64,000 bases of DNA from Haliotis rubra (taxonomy: Eukaryota): contig NW_025766991.1 of NCBI RefSeq assembly GCF_003918875.1, forward strand, positions 2,914,001 to 2,978,000. The letters run 5' to 3'. The notes under the pieces were generated by a model that saw nothing but the letters and a program-made list of their open reading frames with translations, was not told the DNA's origin and searched no databases. The position numbers were made by a program, and so were the translations under genes. Positions 54,301 through 63,272 of this stretch are shown here, piece after piece; the first letter of the stretch is position 1; the number at the start of each line of letters is the position of its first letter.

Positions 54301-57300
54301 TTAGCCATTACCCAAAACTCTGGTGACAGAACATATATTTGTAGACTTCAGTAGACATATGATTGAAAAGAATGAGGCAGTTTAGATTGTAGGCCAAAAC
54401 ATCATTTAATGAAAGAGCCCACTTGAAGCGATGAATATACCAGAAATACTTTCAAAAATGCTGTATCAGCAAGATAGTGCCCCCAGTATTGTACAGTATA
54501 TCTCACCTCAAGTGATGAATGCACAATATGTTTGTAAGCCATGTAGGAGGGGAAGTTCATCAGGAAGACCTTGGTAACAAACTGCAACAGTCTCTCCTTC
54601 TCCTCCATACTCCAATATTCCTCTTCTTCTTCCTTCTCCTCAGCCATTTCTCGATCATCCTTTTCATTCTTCTCTTCATTCTTGTCTCCATCTTTACTTG
54701 CTCCTTCCTTCTCCTCTGCATCCTTCTTCACCTGCAGTATCTCTCTGTTTGTCTCCTTCTCGTAGTCAATAGGTAGTGTCTGGATGAAGCGTATCGCCAC
54801 AACCAGAATAACCTGTACGATGTTGTTCAGTCGCTCAAAGTTCTTGAAATCCTTGTAGCAGCACATGCATTGTCTGACAATGAATATTCACAGTTGCAAT
54901 GAACAGGGAAAATGATAACAATAAATATGTAAAACAATCACAAATACATGAAATGAGTCACATATAACAATGCAATCATTGATCCACACATATTCTAGGA
55001 GATATCATTTTCACAGTAGATTTTTGTACAATGCTATGATGTCATGAACTTGATGACATCACAATGCTATGACATCGCTGCAAGTCTAATGGTAGTACAG
55101 TGTTCAAAGATGTACATGTTTCATTGAAAACTAATGAAGAGTGATTTTTGATGATAAATAAAATCTCACCCTCGTATCTACCTCGGCAACCTCGGATATT
55201 TGTAACTTTTTCAACTTCGTGTTGATATAATTGATATCAGTAGACACTTGGATGAGATTCTCTATATATCATGATTTTCATGCTCAATTTCAAACTCTAA
55301 ACCATGTGAACATCATTCAAGCTATCAACTAAAAACATACTAAATGGGTTATAAGGCAAGGCATTACATGAAGAATACTCTTTTGTCATGTGTAATTTTT
55401 TCAAGAACTTGAAGCATTAGAGTGAGTGATATTGTTTTGAGCAACAGCTATATCTTGACAGTTTGTAAGTAAATTAGCCAGACAGCTAATGGATGGTTTA
55501 CTTTATTAACTACCCATGCTGCTGCATGATAGTGAACCACCCATTTTGTCATAGGTTTTGTGAACCACCAATGCTGCTGCAGGATAGTGAACCACCAATG
55601 CTGGGACAGGTGTGTGAACCACCCATGCTGGGACAGGTGAGTGAACAACACATGCTGGGACAGGATAGTGAACAACACATGCTGGGACAGGATAGTGAAC
55701 CATCCATGCTGATGCAGGATAGTGACCCACCCATGCTGGGACAGGATAGTAAACCATCCATGCTGGGACAGGATAGTGAACCATCCATGCTGATGCAGGA
55801 TAGTGACCCACCCATGCTGGGACAGGATAGTAAAGCATCCATGCTGTCACAGGATAGTGAACCTCCCATGCTGGGACAGGATAGTGAACCATCCATGCTG
55901 GGACAGGATAGTGAACCATCCATGCTGATGCAGGATAGTGAACCATCCATGCTGATGCAGGATAGTGAACCCATGCTGGGACAGGATAGTGAACCATCCA
56001 TGCTGGTGCAGGATAGTGAACCACCCATGCTGGGACAGGATAGTGAACCACCCATGCTGGGACAGGATAGTGAACCATCCATGCTGGGACAGGATAGTGA
56101 ACCAACCATGCTGGGACAGGATAGTGAACCACCCCTGCTGAGACAGACTGCAGGGATCAAAATAGTGCTAGATTTATGTACAGTGGCACGTAAATATCAA
56201 ATTGGGACTGATGAAATAATTTCAATGTGCCCTGGCGACACGACTAAAATAATAGAAAAAATACTCACCATGATTCATTTAATGAAAAATGCAATAAATT
56301 TGACAAACTCAAATGATTCAAAACCTGTTTTGGCACCCGATCAAATTATTTCTTGGTGGCTTTCAAGACTCTCATTTCACAGCTAAACATGGGTGTGGCC
56401 TATTTGAATGCCACAAACACATAACAGGAAATCCTGTTTGGGATGGTAACATAGTTTGTGGGTTAGCTTATACGTCCAGGACAAATGAAGCATAAGTATT
56501 CTTGCAGTCATGAAGTTTTCAGAAAATCAAGCTCTCAAGTTTACAGTTTTACATGACGTTTAATGATTTATTTAAACAACGGTCAAAAGTATATATGGGT
56601 ACACTGACTTTAGCAAAGGCACACCTAAATTATCTGTCTGGTGACCATTGGCACCCTTTCGAAACAATTGCATTTCTATTCCTGGGTTGTCTTCAATCCT
56701 CAGTTTCAGTACATTATTCCTCAACACCCTGGGGACCACCAGCTTCCAGCTGGGACTCAGACCAGGGGCTCCTTTCACAAAGCAACCTTTACTAAGGTTA
56801 ACCTTAACTCCCATTCTTTAACACTGCACCAAGGTTACCTTAGTGACTTACGATCACCTTAGTGCTTTGTGAAGAGAGGCCCAGGATGTTATTGTACAAA
56901 ACAACCTTAAGCTAAGGCTACCATAAGTCTATGTTAAAGTATGGGAGTTACGGTCACCTTAAGCTAAGATCGCTTTTGTACAAGCGAGACCCAGGATGTT
57001 ATTGTATAAAACAACATTAACGCTGAGACTACCTCAAGTCCATGTTAAGGTATGGGAGTTACGGCCACCTTAGTGCTAAGATTGCTTTGGACAATGGCAC
57101 CCAGACAGACAAGGTCACAAGACTGCTGGTCTGAGACAAGTCAAAATCCAAAAATCTAATTGTTCTACATTACCACTACTCAATACATTCTTTGACTAGC
57201 TGGATATGTCCAACCCTGAATGACTGAATTCAACAAAAATGTTCAAAATGCATACCTCTGTGGCCATGTGCATACATAGTGCAGTACAGCATTGATCTCT

Positions 57301-60300
57301 CTCTTGTTGAGGCGAAGGCCTTCTCCACGATGCACACGCTCATCATCTACAGCAATCAACAAACATATCTAACATCATTTAACACACAAGCATGATCTGT
57401 GTTAACCTCAAGAAAATCACATACTTCTGCTTGTGATATGCACCTCATTAACATATTCCAGTAATTAGCATGACACTCTATTGTCCACAGCCATCCAGTC
57501 TTCTTCAATCCAGGCCTAAAAACAAATGTTGTGTTTCCGATTACCCAACCGACCCTTGAATTCTGGTGCCGACACTAGTTGTTTTAGAGGTATGAATAAA
57601 ATAAGCTTTCAGATACCATTGTTTTTTCCTGGCACCAACGGACATTGGTCCTTCTGATAAAGAAAGTCAACATGATGGCCGCAAGCTTGATTGAATAAAC
57701 AATTACACATTGATAAATGTGTTATTAGTTTGTACTTTACTTCTAAAAAAAAATGTAAAAAAAAGAATTCCTACCTACCTACACTAAATTTTAAAGAGGT
57801 GTAATCGGAACCACAACATTTTTTTTGTTTGGCCCCATTGTCAATAACACACATGTAATTAAAACCAATTATGACTAAATGCAGGTTAAGATAGGGCTGA
57901 AATGGACAAAGAGATTACTTTTCATCAACAGCACTTTCTGGAGCTTACATTATGAGTGAGTGAGTATGGTTTTACACCGCTTTTAGCAATATTCCAGTAA
58001 TATCACGGCAGGGGACACCAGAAATGGGCTTCCCACACTGTACCCATGTGAAACAGGGTCTTCAGGGAGCACAGGGTCTTCAGGCTATGACAAGCTTATA
58101 ATATGCTGTAAAACCACTATAGCACTGTATACCCATGGCCACAGTGGAGCTTATATTATGATAGGTAAATGCAACACAAACACATAAATAAAGCACTGTA
58201 TACTAAAGAGAAACCTTAAGAGATAGTTTTCATGGAATTCTCAATAACAGTGTTCCCAATAGTGTCTGACCCTCTGACAAATGTCCACAGTATCAGTCTC
58301 TACAGGCCCCAATGTGAACATACTTTGACTGAATACATGTTTGACCCTCTTAAATGTTTGTTTAAATTAAAGATCATTGAAAAAATAATAATGATTACAA
58401 TAATTCAAAGTCAGACAGACATCCTTACAGAGATAGTGATAGATTGGAATACTTCAATAACTAGTCTGGTATGCAGGAAGAATGGGCTAGTGGGAAACAA
58501 AATTAATAGTAATATCATGGTGTGTCAGCTTGATGTTGGAGGATGGCATGAAGTGCAGGTCTCAGACATAACCACTTCTATGAAACCCACGAGCATGTGT
58601 ATGGTGCTGACAAACCTTCACACATAATCAGGTCAATCAGAATTACATCCCACAATAATAGTATCAATCAATCAAGGGGTGATTCTGATCACAGAAAATT
58701 GTAGCACAATATACAACTGTCCACCTGTGTCCCTGTGTGCACAAAATAGTACCAAAGGTCCTTCTTTAACAGTTATCACTATCAATAGTTATTGGCATAT
58801 TTTCCAAACAAGCAAGGGAAACATGGTACAAACATACCACTTGTAGTTAGAGGTGAGTAAAGTTTTACGCTGCACTCAGCAATATTCCAGCAATATAAGG
58901 CGGGGAACACCAGAAATGTTACTTACTTACTTCAAGACATATGCTATTTCGAAAGGTTTATTGCAAAGAAAAATAATAAATTTAGTTGTTTTACTAGGAA
59001 ATGCAACACTTAGATATGGTACTCTGACATTTTAATTTAGCACAGATACAGTTTGACTTCCTCAAACTATTGTGTTCACTACAGTAATAATGTTTTCAAA
59101 CTAACTTCTATTTATCTATATATGTACACCCTCATATGTGTATGCAATTCTGTACTAACTTGATGTAAATGCCAACACATGTCACTCTTCTATCTGTACA
59201 TGCAACTTGAAATGGAATAAAAAAAGATCTAAAAAAACACAAAAAACACCAGAAATTGGGTTCACACATTGTACCCATGACGGCAATTGAACCCGGGTCT
59301 TCAGCGTCATGAGCAAACACTTTAACCACTGGGCTACCCCACAGAGAAGAACTGACAGTGAAGAGAAGTGAAGTGATTTGGTGATTCTTGGAGATTTCCT
59401 CTGATGACAAAATACAGCAATACAAAACATGATAATATAGAGATTCAGGCCAATTACACACCTAATTCATCAGTTGAGATGCTAACAATGTCAAGATGTA
59501 GTCTTGTCAAGCAATAATTCATCAAACTACCTCTCTTCTTTGTTTACACTGACAATGTGACACAAAGACTTGATCAAGCCAGACAGCAGATTGTTGCGAC
59601 TAACTATATATTAGTGGATGCCTGCCAATGATTTCAGACATTTATGTTTTTGTAGCATCACTTATGTTTTAGTAACACTACAAGCAGTTATACATGTCCA
59701 TGATTCTCAGACACAAACATGATAGAGTATTGACATCTTAAAATGGTTTTCCTCAATATATAAAAAATCATTTTTAATGGATGGACAAAGATAATGTAGT
59801 GATTGTGATGGTATCGAAACAGGATTGTGTGCGTACTGTTAATGATGGTTTGTGAAATGACATTTATACCGTTTGTCTGTCGTTCCTATGTCTCATAACT
59901 ATCCGAGTACATATCGTGAGCTCATCACATATATTAGTAAAGAAAAACAAGGGAGGCATAACATTAGTCGTTTCTTTTAAAACGGAATATATCGTACAGA
60001 ACATGCAGCAGATTAATTCAATTTTAGGACAGTCATATTCTGCTAGTAGATTATTTCCCTGTTCCAGACATTGATGGCAAAAATTTCCAAAATTGGTTGG
60101 CTTGAATATTGGTCTCATCGCAACAATGCAAACTCACAATTTTATATGAGTTTTCACTCAAACAAGAAAATCGCGAAGTAAATATCTATTATAAATTTGT
60201 TGACACTGGGGGCACGTTTCGATTATTATTCAGATTTTGACCCCTAGGAAAGGCGCGCATGTTGAAAATATTGTGACGAAGCTGTTTTCACTTACGGTTT

Positions 60301-60338
60301 TCAAGAAGCACCAGCACGTCTGAGCAGACATCACACAT
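355..60338 (-). CDS. USP34: Ubiquitin carboxyl-terminal hydrolase 34 (multi-exon; 3' part outside window; apparently disrupted as assembled)
   Basis: Spliced translation follows human USP34 (recalled) colinearly from MCDVCSDVLVLLEN to DPQVHGTMKLMCYFAVMTYCLVSKQEKLL. All introns are GT-AG with consistent phases except where noted. Exons 5'->3': 60296-60338, 57256-57346, 54507-54873, 52854-52904, 51326-51475, 50431-50498, 49960-50152, 48270-48328, 47150-47228, 46524-46616, 45467-45592, 44881-45031, 43146-43228, 41964-42800, 41429-41565, 38099-38307, 34879-35003, 34372-34499, 33562-33651, 32365-32454, 31177-31259, [gap at piggyBac], 26651-26854, 25735-25981(fs), 24779-24967, 24244-24372, 23749-23886, 23226-23315, 22787-22873, 21501-21675(fs), 21095-21171, 20471-20514, 19570-19694, 18627-18785, 17499-17600, 16954-17130, 16372-16719, 15774-15842, 14767-14913, 14390-14446, 13598-13675, 13375-13469, 12558-12727, 11938-12109, 11445-11523, 11219-11272, 10836-10958, 10425-10489, 9770-9899, 8975-9048(fs), 8109-8189, 7828-7911(fs), 7608-7686, 6832-6996, 5992-6171, 5690-5794, 4881-4925, 4141-4245, 3566-3713, 1741-1838, 912-944, 725-773, 355-440. 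Confidence 0.96.
1036..1336 (-). mobile_element. tRNA-derived SINE family A, 5'-truncated
   Basis: Matches copies at 5239, 13998, 19011 and 40782; 12-bp TSD tcaatgccctgt; (CACCT)n tail. Confidence 0.9.
2010..3545. repeat. GGTTACA-based minisatellite (ggttacactgtctt / ggttacaatggcct units)
   Basis: Visible tandem array interrupted by a copy of an exon end at 2480-2540. Confidence 0.95.
3566..3713 (-). CDS. USP34: USP34 exon (PQQCLEW...NWVEPYLIAHNNVRVRN)
   Basis: Matches human NWVERFLLAHNYPRVR. Confidence 0.92.
4282..4519 (-). mobile_element. SINE-like retroposon family C (non-tRNA structured head)
   Basis: 13-bp TSD tgatcatcatgta; 3' tail shared with family B. Other copies or fragments near 6393, 7388, 11668, 16225, 17700, 26145, 26520, 30783, 30890, 32520, 43535, 44400 and 62700. 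Confidence 0.88.
5239..5589 (-). mobile_element. tRNA-derived SINE family A
   Basis: B box ggttcgatccc; TSD gcaacataca. Confidence 0.9.
6832..6996 (-). CDS. USP34: USP34 exon (HSKYLTEYFAFLLEFAK)
   Basis: Conserved post-catalytic region; canonical splice sites. Confidence 0.92.
8330..9030. repeat. ~117-bp tandem repeat (about 6 units) spanning a USP34 exon end and donor
   Basis: Unit contains gactcacctcacaagcgg...ggagttaaactgtt. Confidence 0.95.
9123..9659 (+). mobile_element. Non-autonomous Helentron-associated/pearl-like element with internal tandem repeats
   Basis: Second copy at 22015-22550; internal ~140-bp repeats (ggtcaaggtc...gagatatcgcgttaacaag); terminal hairpin gtccccc...ggggac. 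Confidence 0.65.
10031..10343 (+). repeat. ~315-bp dispersed repeat (second copy 20100-20416)
   Basis: Both copies run from gttaagatatggtatacaatc to ctttaagtcac at high identity. Confidence 0.9.
11938..12109 (-). CDS. USP34: USP34 exon with catalytic His box (YELIGVTVHTGTADGGHYYSFIRD)
   Basis: Peptidase C19 His box; the next exon supplies WYLFNDAEV. Confidence 0.96.
12558..12727 (-). CDS. USP34: USP34 catalytic-domain exon (LPKILCFNTMRYTFNMVTMMKEKVNTHFSFP)
   Basis: Near-identical to human USP34. Confidence 0.95.
13998..14350 (-). mobile_element. tRNA-derived SINE family A, full length
   Basis: A box tggtgtagtgg and B box ggttcgatcc; 14-bp TSD ttaaaagacgacag. Confidence 0.92.
14553..14719 (-). 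mobile_element. Short tRNA-derived SINE family B (~165 bp)
   Basis: Head gggcggtggggtagcctagtggttaa...ggttcga; TSD tttcctttaagga. Further copies or fragments near 13103, 19705, 19933, 25145, 32095, 33120, 49788, 52525, 57954, 58853, 59245 and 63840. Confidence 0.9.
14767..14913 (-). CDS. USP34: USP34 catalytic-domain exon (EQKDMTEFFTDL)
   Basis: USP QxD-type box; canonical splice sites. Confidence 0.93.
15026..15445 (+). mobile_element. Non-autonomous Helentron-associated-like element
   Basis: Second copy at 20568-20982; (GGAC)n/(GCAC)n microsatellite; terminal hairpin cccccgcaa...ttgcggggg. Confidence 0.65.
16372..16719 (-). CDS. USP34: USP34 exon with catalytic Cys box (VGLTNLGATCYM)
   Basis: Peptidase C19 Cys box, preceded by WDYWPHED. 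Confidence 0.96.
17845..18223. repeat. 126-bp x3 tandem repeat
   Basis: Units start at 17845, 17971 and 18097; near-identical. Confidence 0.95.
19011..19372 (+). mobile_element. tRNA-derived SINE family A
   Basis: Same family in the opposite orientation; TSD tcagttctgacca. Confidence 0.9.
20568..20982 (+). mobile_element. Second copy of the 15026-15445 element
   Basis: Same start aacaagaagacaaagtcatcaat and similar terminal hairpin. Confidence 0.65.
22015..22550 (+). mobile_element. Second copy of the 9123-9659 element
   Basis: Same start (acaagtgtt.gccactg) and same terminal hairpin. Confidence 0.65.
26651..26854 (-). CDS. USP34: USP34 exon (LKNHLEAFRRRYAYHLRNWQIDG), first exon after the piggyBac
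   Basis: Conserved USP34 motif; phase-0 acceptor ttgcag|GAC. Confidence 0.92.
27597..28497 (+). CDS. Second, spliced gene inside the piggyBac; 125-aa protein with P2X7-ballast/KolX-like motif (exons 27597-27634, 27747-27837, 27979-28101, 28372-28497; alternative in-frame ATG at 27561)
   Basis: Three GT-AG introns (AG|gtaaat..tttctttctttcatag; GTG|gtaagt..gtgtgcag; AAG|gtaagt..tctatttgcag), phases 2/0/0, join into one stop-free frame. Exons are GC-richer than introns. Kozak-like atcATGG; ATTAAA at 28542. Confidence 0.8.
28757..30454 (-). CDS. piggyBac transposase (PGBD4-like), 565 aa, intact
   Basis: DDD triad motifs TVDEQL, MDNYFTS, KGGVDSLDQ; QYIPSKPDKYGLK; GTVRSNR; acidic N-terminus; PAKKRR NLS-like motif; C-terminal Cys-rich domain CHSC..CTKC..CPQH..CHDC. 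Confidence 0.96.
   Translation of the reverse strand: MDYQNLFELMQQELGGDDTDESDDGSDEDYQPSEASESTDSDCDLEIESTSSSDNETDVRRQAPDSYCSRDGTQWFKHPMSLARTPQRNIIRQLNGKVTNVNGDFQNPMEAFSLYVCPEIVDDIVKWTNQFAETKLGTQWKQTDGIEVTALIGIWIIAGVTHNNNQSTEMLWSTKYGLSQVRSTMSRERFQHLMTYLRFDDKAERSQRQERDKLAPIRKVFDTFNARLQRFYSPGAYLTVDEQLVPFRGRCGFKQYIPSKPDKYGLKIFWIVDAKTFYPLKAYPYIGKEAGRVQVGLGEKVVMDLARPYARSGRNITMDNYFTSLNLALNLQKDQLTLVGTVRSNRTFVPAEFLPKRAREVESSIFGFRETATMVSYVPKKSKAVILLSTMHSSPDVIVDKNHKPEMILFYNETKGGVDSLDQLAHRYSVKRKTNRWPVVYFMNMVDIAAIAAYIIWLGKNPLWQNKQRTRRRHFLLELGEALTGPNIQRRMASNTREQLRCDFANAGYTAEVRTTSSEASPPAKKRRCHSCPRSSDRKVKTCCTKCMKPTCPQHGRFVCHDCAQ
30711..30738 (-). promoter_or_regulatory. Putative transposase core promoter (TATA + Inr-like)
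   Basis: Minus-strand TATAAATA (30738-30731) followed about 20-25 nt later by TCAGTCAGT, just inside the subterminal palindrome. Confidence 0.45.
31177..31259 (-). CDS. USP34: USP34 exon 21 (YSHKDETGVRLDFLTCVFSSMGSPDSF), last exon before the piggyBac
   Basis: Matches human YSHSAEVQVRLQFLTCVFSTLGSPDHF; ends in phase 1 at A|gtgagt. Confidence 0.9.
31646..32086. mobile_element. Tc1/mariner-type MITE
   Basis: Imperfect TIRs cagtcatcc...ggatgactg flanked by TA on both sides. Confidence 0.7.
31726..31883 (-). mobile_element. SINE family B nested in a MITE
   Basis: TSD ccccagcattatga. Confidence 0.88.
33305..33410 (-). repeat. (GAGT)n microsatellite, tail of a severely 5'-truncated retroposon
   Basis: Tail cacgatatggctgaaatattgcc, also seen at ~34080-34140; direct repeat ctccatagagagtg on both sides. 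Confidence 0.75.
34636..34806 (-). mobile_element. SINE family B
   Basis: TSD gatgtgtgcatga; (CAGT)n tail. Confidence 0.88.
35118..36020. repeat. 32-bp minisatellite (ggtggtacagataaaggactcacatggaggaa)
   Basis: More than 20 tandem units; matches the exon/donor junction at 38091-38116. Confidence 0.95.
36510..37720 (+). mobile_element. Degenerate L2/CR1-clade LINE ORF2 remnant
   Basis: Broken frames with APE-type motifs (HRGGT..D, SDHF), KHAP, and C-terminal HWLPVKQSISFK; RT core absent. Confidence 0.75.
38099..38307 (-). CDS. USP34: USP34 exon 16 (SAKSDKNMADFDGEE)
   Basis: Near-identical to the USP34 motif SAKSEKNMADFDGEE. Confidence 0.93.
38727..39940. mobile_element. hAT-like non-autonomous element, left end truncated
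   Basis: GATAC repeats at left, GTATC repeats at right, terminus ccagcacta. Confidence 0.5.
40782..41134 (-). mobile_element. tRNA-derived SINE family A, full length
   Basis: 13-bp TSD aaacataacaata. Confidence 0.92.
41964..42800 (-). CDS. USP34: USP34 exon 14, 837-nt low-complexity acidic/basic/Gln-His-rich exon
   Basis: 279 open codons inside ORF 41895-42914; ggcag|GTG acceptor and CAG|gtaacc donor; phase 0-0 fits neighbours. Confidence 0.85.
45130..45335. repeat. 34-bp minisatellite
   Basis: gccccacattcaaatatctggtgaaagttgaaat, about 5 units. Confidence 0.9.
45665..46550. repeat. 37-bp minisatellite spanning exon 10 end and donor
   Basis: ctgactagcagcccacacacagtctacgtaaactaac, about 24 units. 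Confidence 0.95.
46797..46956 (+). mobile_element. SINE family B
   Basis: TSD ctcatgacaattt; A and B boxes. Confidence 0.88.
47296..47985. repeat. 30-bp minisatellite
   Basis: acagctcggcctatgcactgaatacaatgg, about 23 units. Confidence 0.95.
48864..49024 (+). mobile_element. SINE family B
   Basis: Matches the family consensus. Confidence 0.85.
49027..49734 (+). mobile_element. Candidate solo LTR
   Basis: TG...CGTAACA ends and internal TATATAAA (~49319); left boundary and TSD uncertain. Confidence 0.4.
49960..50152 (-). CDS. USP34: USP34 exon 7 (YMCNLSDKDLR...LAFKYFTCSTLTIRLAGIAQIN)
   Basis: Conserved USP34/USP9/USP24-type N-terminal motif; canonical splice sites. Confidence 0.93.
54507..54873 (-). 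CDS. USP34: USP34 exon 3 (QCMCCYKDFK...WSMEEKERLL...YKHIVHSSLE)
   Basis: Lies largely within ORF 54402-54866; cag acceptor and gtgaga donor; matches the USP34 N-terminus. Confidence 0.92.
55515..56135. repeat. 27-bp minisatellite
   Basis: catgctgggacaggatagtgaaccatc, about 22 units. Confidence 0.95.
56765..57103. mobile_element. Cluster of small palindromic MITEs
   Basis: ttcacaaagca...tgctttgtgaa inverted ends followed by a ~115-bp tandem duplication of a related unit. Confidence 0.5.
57513..57834. mobile_element. MITE with ~32-bp imperfect TIRs
   Basis: ggcctaaaaacaaatgttgtgtttccgattac / gtaatcggaaccacaacattttttttgtttggcc. Confidence 0.75.
60296..60338 (-). CDS. USP34: USP34 first coding exon (MCDVCSDVLVLLEN)
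   Basis: accATG context, 43 nt, followed by gtaagt. Resembles human MCENCADLVEVLNE. Phase matches next exon (HDERVHRGEGLRLNKREINAVLHYVCTWPQR). Confidence 0.9.
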
Positions 60339-60399
60339 GGTGATACCTTGATAGACTAACAGAAATATTCTTGTAAAAGCATGTTACACGGATAAATCT

Positions 60400-60700
60400 A
60401 CAAATCATTCGATCATGATCGAATGACAACCGTTTCTTTATTCCTTCTAGCTAGGGACTGCAACAAATCCCCGCCATATTGTTGTCTTACATTTGTGCAT
60501 TTTTTATTTTATACCCTAACATAAAGTGTATTGTGCTGTTTTTCTCATTACATTAGCATGGAATCTTATTACTGCCCGGAAAATGAAAAATAATTATCAT
60601 ATAAATTTATCCAATTAACCGGAATAGGCCGAATATCCGTTACGTCATCATCGGAAGAGGGGAAGTAACTCCTCACTTTCTTCCTTCACTCACGTACCTG
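60400..60700 (-). promoter_or_regulatory. Putative USP34 promoter/5' UTR region
   Basis: Locally CpG-richer sequence upstream of the ATG; YY1-like CAATATGGCGG (minus, 60471-60481); CRE-like TTACGTCA (~60639) and ETS-like CGGAAG (~60652). Confidence 0.4.
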
Positions 60701-60899
60701 TTCCTCTTTACTGTTAAATGGCATGTTCAAATCATTGCCGTTCAATGATTTCAAACAGAGGGACAAATTTGGTATTTTGTGTTCTTAAATCTTCCCGAAA
60801 TCACATACCAGTACATATTCAACCGTGTCAACCAGAATAATATATTATATCAGGGATAATCTACAACGTCTTCTATTCTCCCTGATTAATGATTATATG

Positions 60900-61123
60900 C
60901 TTGATTGGCATTTTAGAAGATGATATTTGATGAACATAGAGATTTTTCTGGGTTACATCTTCTTTTTATTCTCGAGTACAACGTTTCAGGGCTTGTTCTG
61001 GCCCCATCATCAGGTAAAATGGTTGTAAAATGAGTTTTACCTGATGATGGGGTCAGAACAAGCCCTGAAACGTTGTACTCGAGAATAAAAAGAAGATGTA
61101 ACCCAGAAAAAAATCTCTATGTT
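60900..61123. mobile_element. Penelope-like inverted-repeat remnant with minimal hammerhead motif
   Basis: Arms 60933-61019 and 61035-61123; CTGATGA..GAAAC core plus AATAAA; flanking 14-bp direct repeat ttaatgattatatg. Confidence 0.75.
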
Positions 61124-61528
61124 AATGATTATATGTTTCAAAGTTTGGTAATTATCATTCAGCATCGGGGTGTACACTTGTCAGTAAAACACATTCACTT
61201 CGAAATGAGGCTATGATGGCGCCGCGTCTAACCTCCACATGCTTCTCGTATTGAAACTCGTTTATTATATACATACAATAATTTAGCAATCGGCAGTCAA
61301 CATTTTTTCATTTCACTAAAACTAAATACGTACTTAGAGTCTGCCTTATCCAACAATTTTTTTTCGTCAGCATGCGCAAATTCAATATATAGACTTTCTC
61401 GCACAAATTTCTCGACATCATTGATTCATTTCTACATTGTATAATTTCATCGTATTTTTTCTCTCAATGACACATATGATTCAGGTGCACAAACAGTTCC
61501 ATTCATGGATTGATATCAAAGAGTAATA

Positions 61529-61760
61529 TACTGACGTACATAAGAAAGTACACACCTTGTGTTTTGGGACTATTCCCAATAAAACCATCAATATTTTTCT
61601 AGCAATGTTGTAATTGGTACAATATCTGTTGTGTTTTGGAAACACTTGCACACTGTTTGTGACAAGTCAGAATCCAAACACTTTTTAAATATTTATGCTG
61701 TTTTCAAGAAAATATTTTACCAAAGAATCAGGTGTGTACTTTCTTTTTAACGTTAGTTTA
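61529..61760. mobile_element. MITE with imperfect TIRs
   Basis: aagaaagtacacacct / aggtgtgtactttctt inverted pair near the ends. Confidence 0.65.
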
Positions 61761-61849
61761 GTTCACAACGGCAGTCTTGGTCAGTGGTTGTGTGAGTAGC
61801 ACGTACCATCTCTAGTATGACTATATTACATTGGTTAAATGGGCACATA

Positions 61850-62654
61850 CACTAAACGCCAAAAGAAACGTAACCCTCCTTCCTGAATAATGGAGGTACC
61901 TATCTTTAGCTGGCGTTGTGATGCGTGGACGTCCACTTCTTAGTCTTTCGACGGTGACCCCATCTGCACCCTCCCAATGGCTCTTTCTCTCTCTTCAGCT
62001 GTTAATCGTGGCCTATTTCTCGTACTTGTGTGTCATATCATGTATTCTAGGCTCTCTCTATACCCGATAGAATCATTCTACATGTGAAATGGATGCAAAT
62101 ACTGCTTGAATATTGCTGCGTTTTGGCGATTGATATTGCTATGTGTAAACAGAAAATGGAAAAATGTTACTTTGCAAGCAAAATATGTTAACAAAGATAA
62201 TTTAAGATTATTTTTTCACAATATCAAAGTAAAGTTTTCCTTGTTTTCACTAATGCAAATCAGCAGAAAATGTTGTAAAAGACTGAAATCCCAGGAATGA
62301 TTATTTTACAATTTTACACACTCTACAACAGTTGTTTCTTGTTTTAATAGTTGAAAAATGGTGACTTTAAATGGTTTATCTTTGTCCCAAAGCAGAATTT
62401 TATTTCAACCTTTCTTTCGACATCTAAATCACTGTTATTGGTTTATTTCGGTATGGACGAAAATAGGACAATTTAATTCTTCTGAAAAAGATGCATTTCA
62501 CCTAAATATGAATGCATTTGAGAAATTTCTTTCGTGATTTGCATAAAGCTGTGTTGTTCAGCTTTCTGGTAAACTAATACATTCTAACATATCTTTGATA
62601 GTTTTTAAGTAATTCATAAAGGTAGGAGGGTAACGTTTGTTTTGGCATTTAGTG
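61850..62654. mobile_element. Non-autonomous Tc1/mariner-type element
   Basis: 31-bp TIRs cactaaacgccaaaagaaacgtaaccctcct / aggagggtaacgtttgttttggcatttagtg; TA on both sides. Confidence 0.8.
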
Positions 62655-62874
62655 TACACTATCAGTTCGTCTTGTGTTTGTATTGTTTGTTTGTTTGTTT
62701 TTTTGCATTACTTCCCTTTTGTGTTTAAAGCCACACTCGGCAATATTCCAACTACCAAATTTGTCTGTACATAATTGGTTCTAGACCAGACAACCCTGTG
62801 ATGGACACAAGCACCGATTAACGCCATTAGAATATGGTGGCATGCAATCAACCAAGTCACTGAGTCTAACCATC

Positions 62875-63040
62875 TGAGTGAGTGAGTGAGTTGTGTTTTA
62901 CGCCGCTTTTAGCAATATTCCAGCAATATCACTGCGGGGGACATCAGAAATGGGCTTCGCACATTGTGCCCATGTGGGGAATCGAACCGGGTCTTCGGCG
63001 TGACAAGCGAACGCTTTAACCACTAGGCCACCCCACCGCC
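62875..63040 (-). mobile_element. SINE family B
   Basis: Matches the family consensus; (CTCA)n tail. Confidence 0.85.
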
Positions 63041-63272
63041 TTGTTTGGAAGGATATCTGATAAAACAATGAAGATTACCTTTGTAGTATTAACCACATGT
63101 ACGTCATGAATGAAGTAAAGCGTATGGGCATTTAGGCAATGCTATGACAGTCGGGACACTTTTAGATAAACTGCAATTTATAATTTATAACCAAAATATT
63201 AACTTCAATGTGGTCTTTAGTGATTTGAATAAAAGGGTGGGTGTGTGGGGGTCCGACCCCCTGAATAAACAG

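Noticed and set aside
55493-56386. 297/208/203-aa repetitive ORFs
   Set aside because: Translations of a 27-bp minisatellite open in several frames; not needed for the USP34 exon chain.
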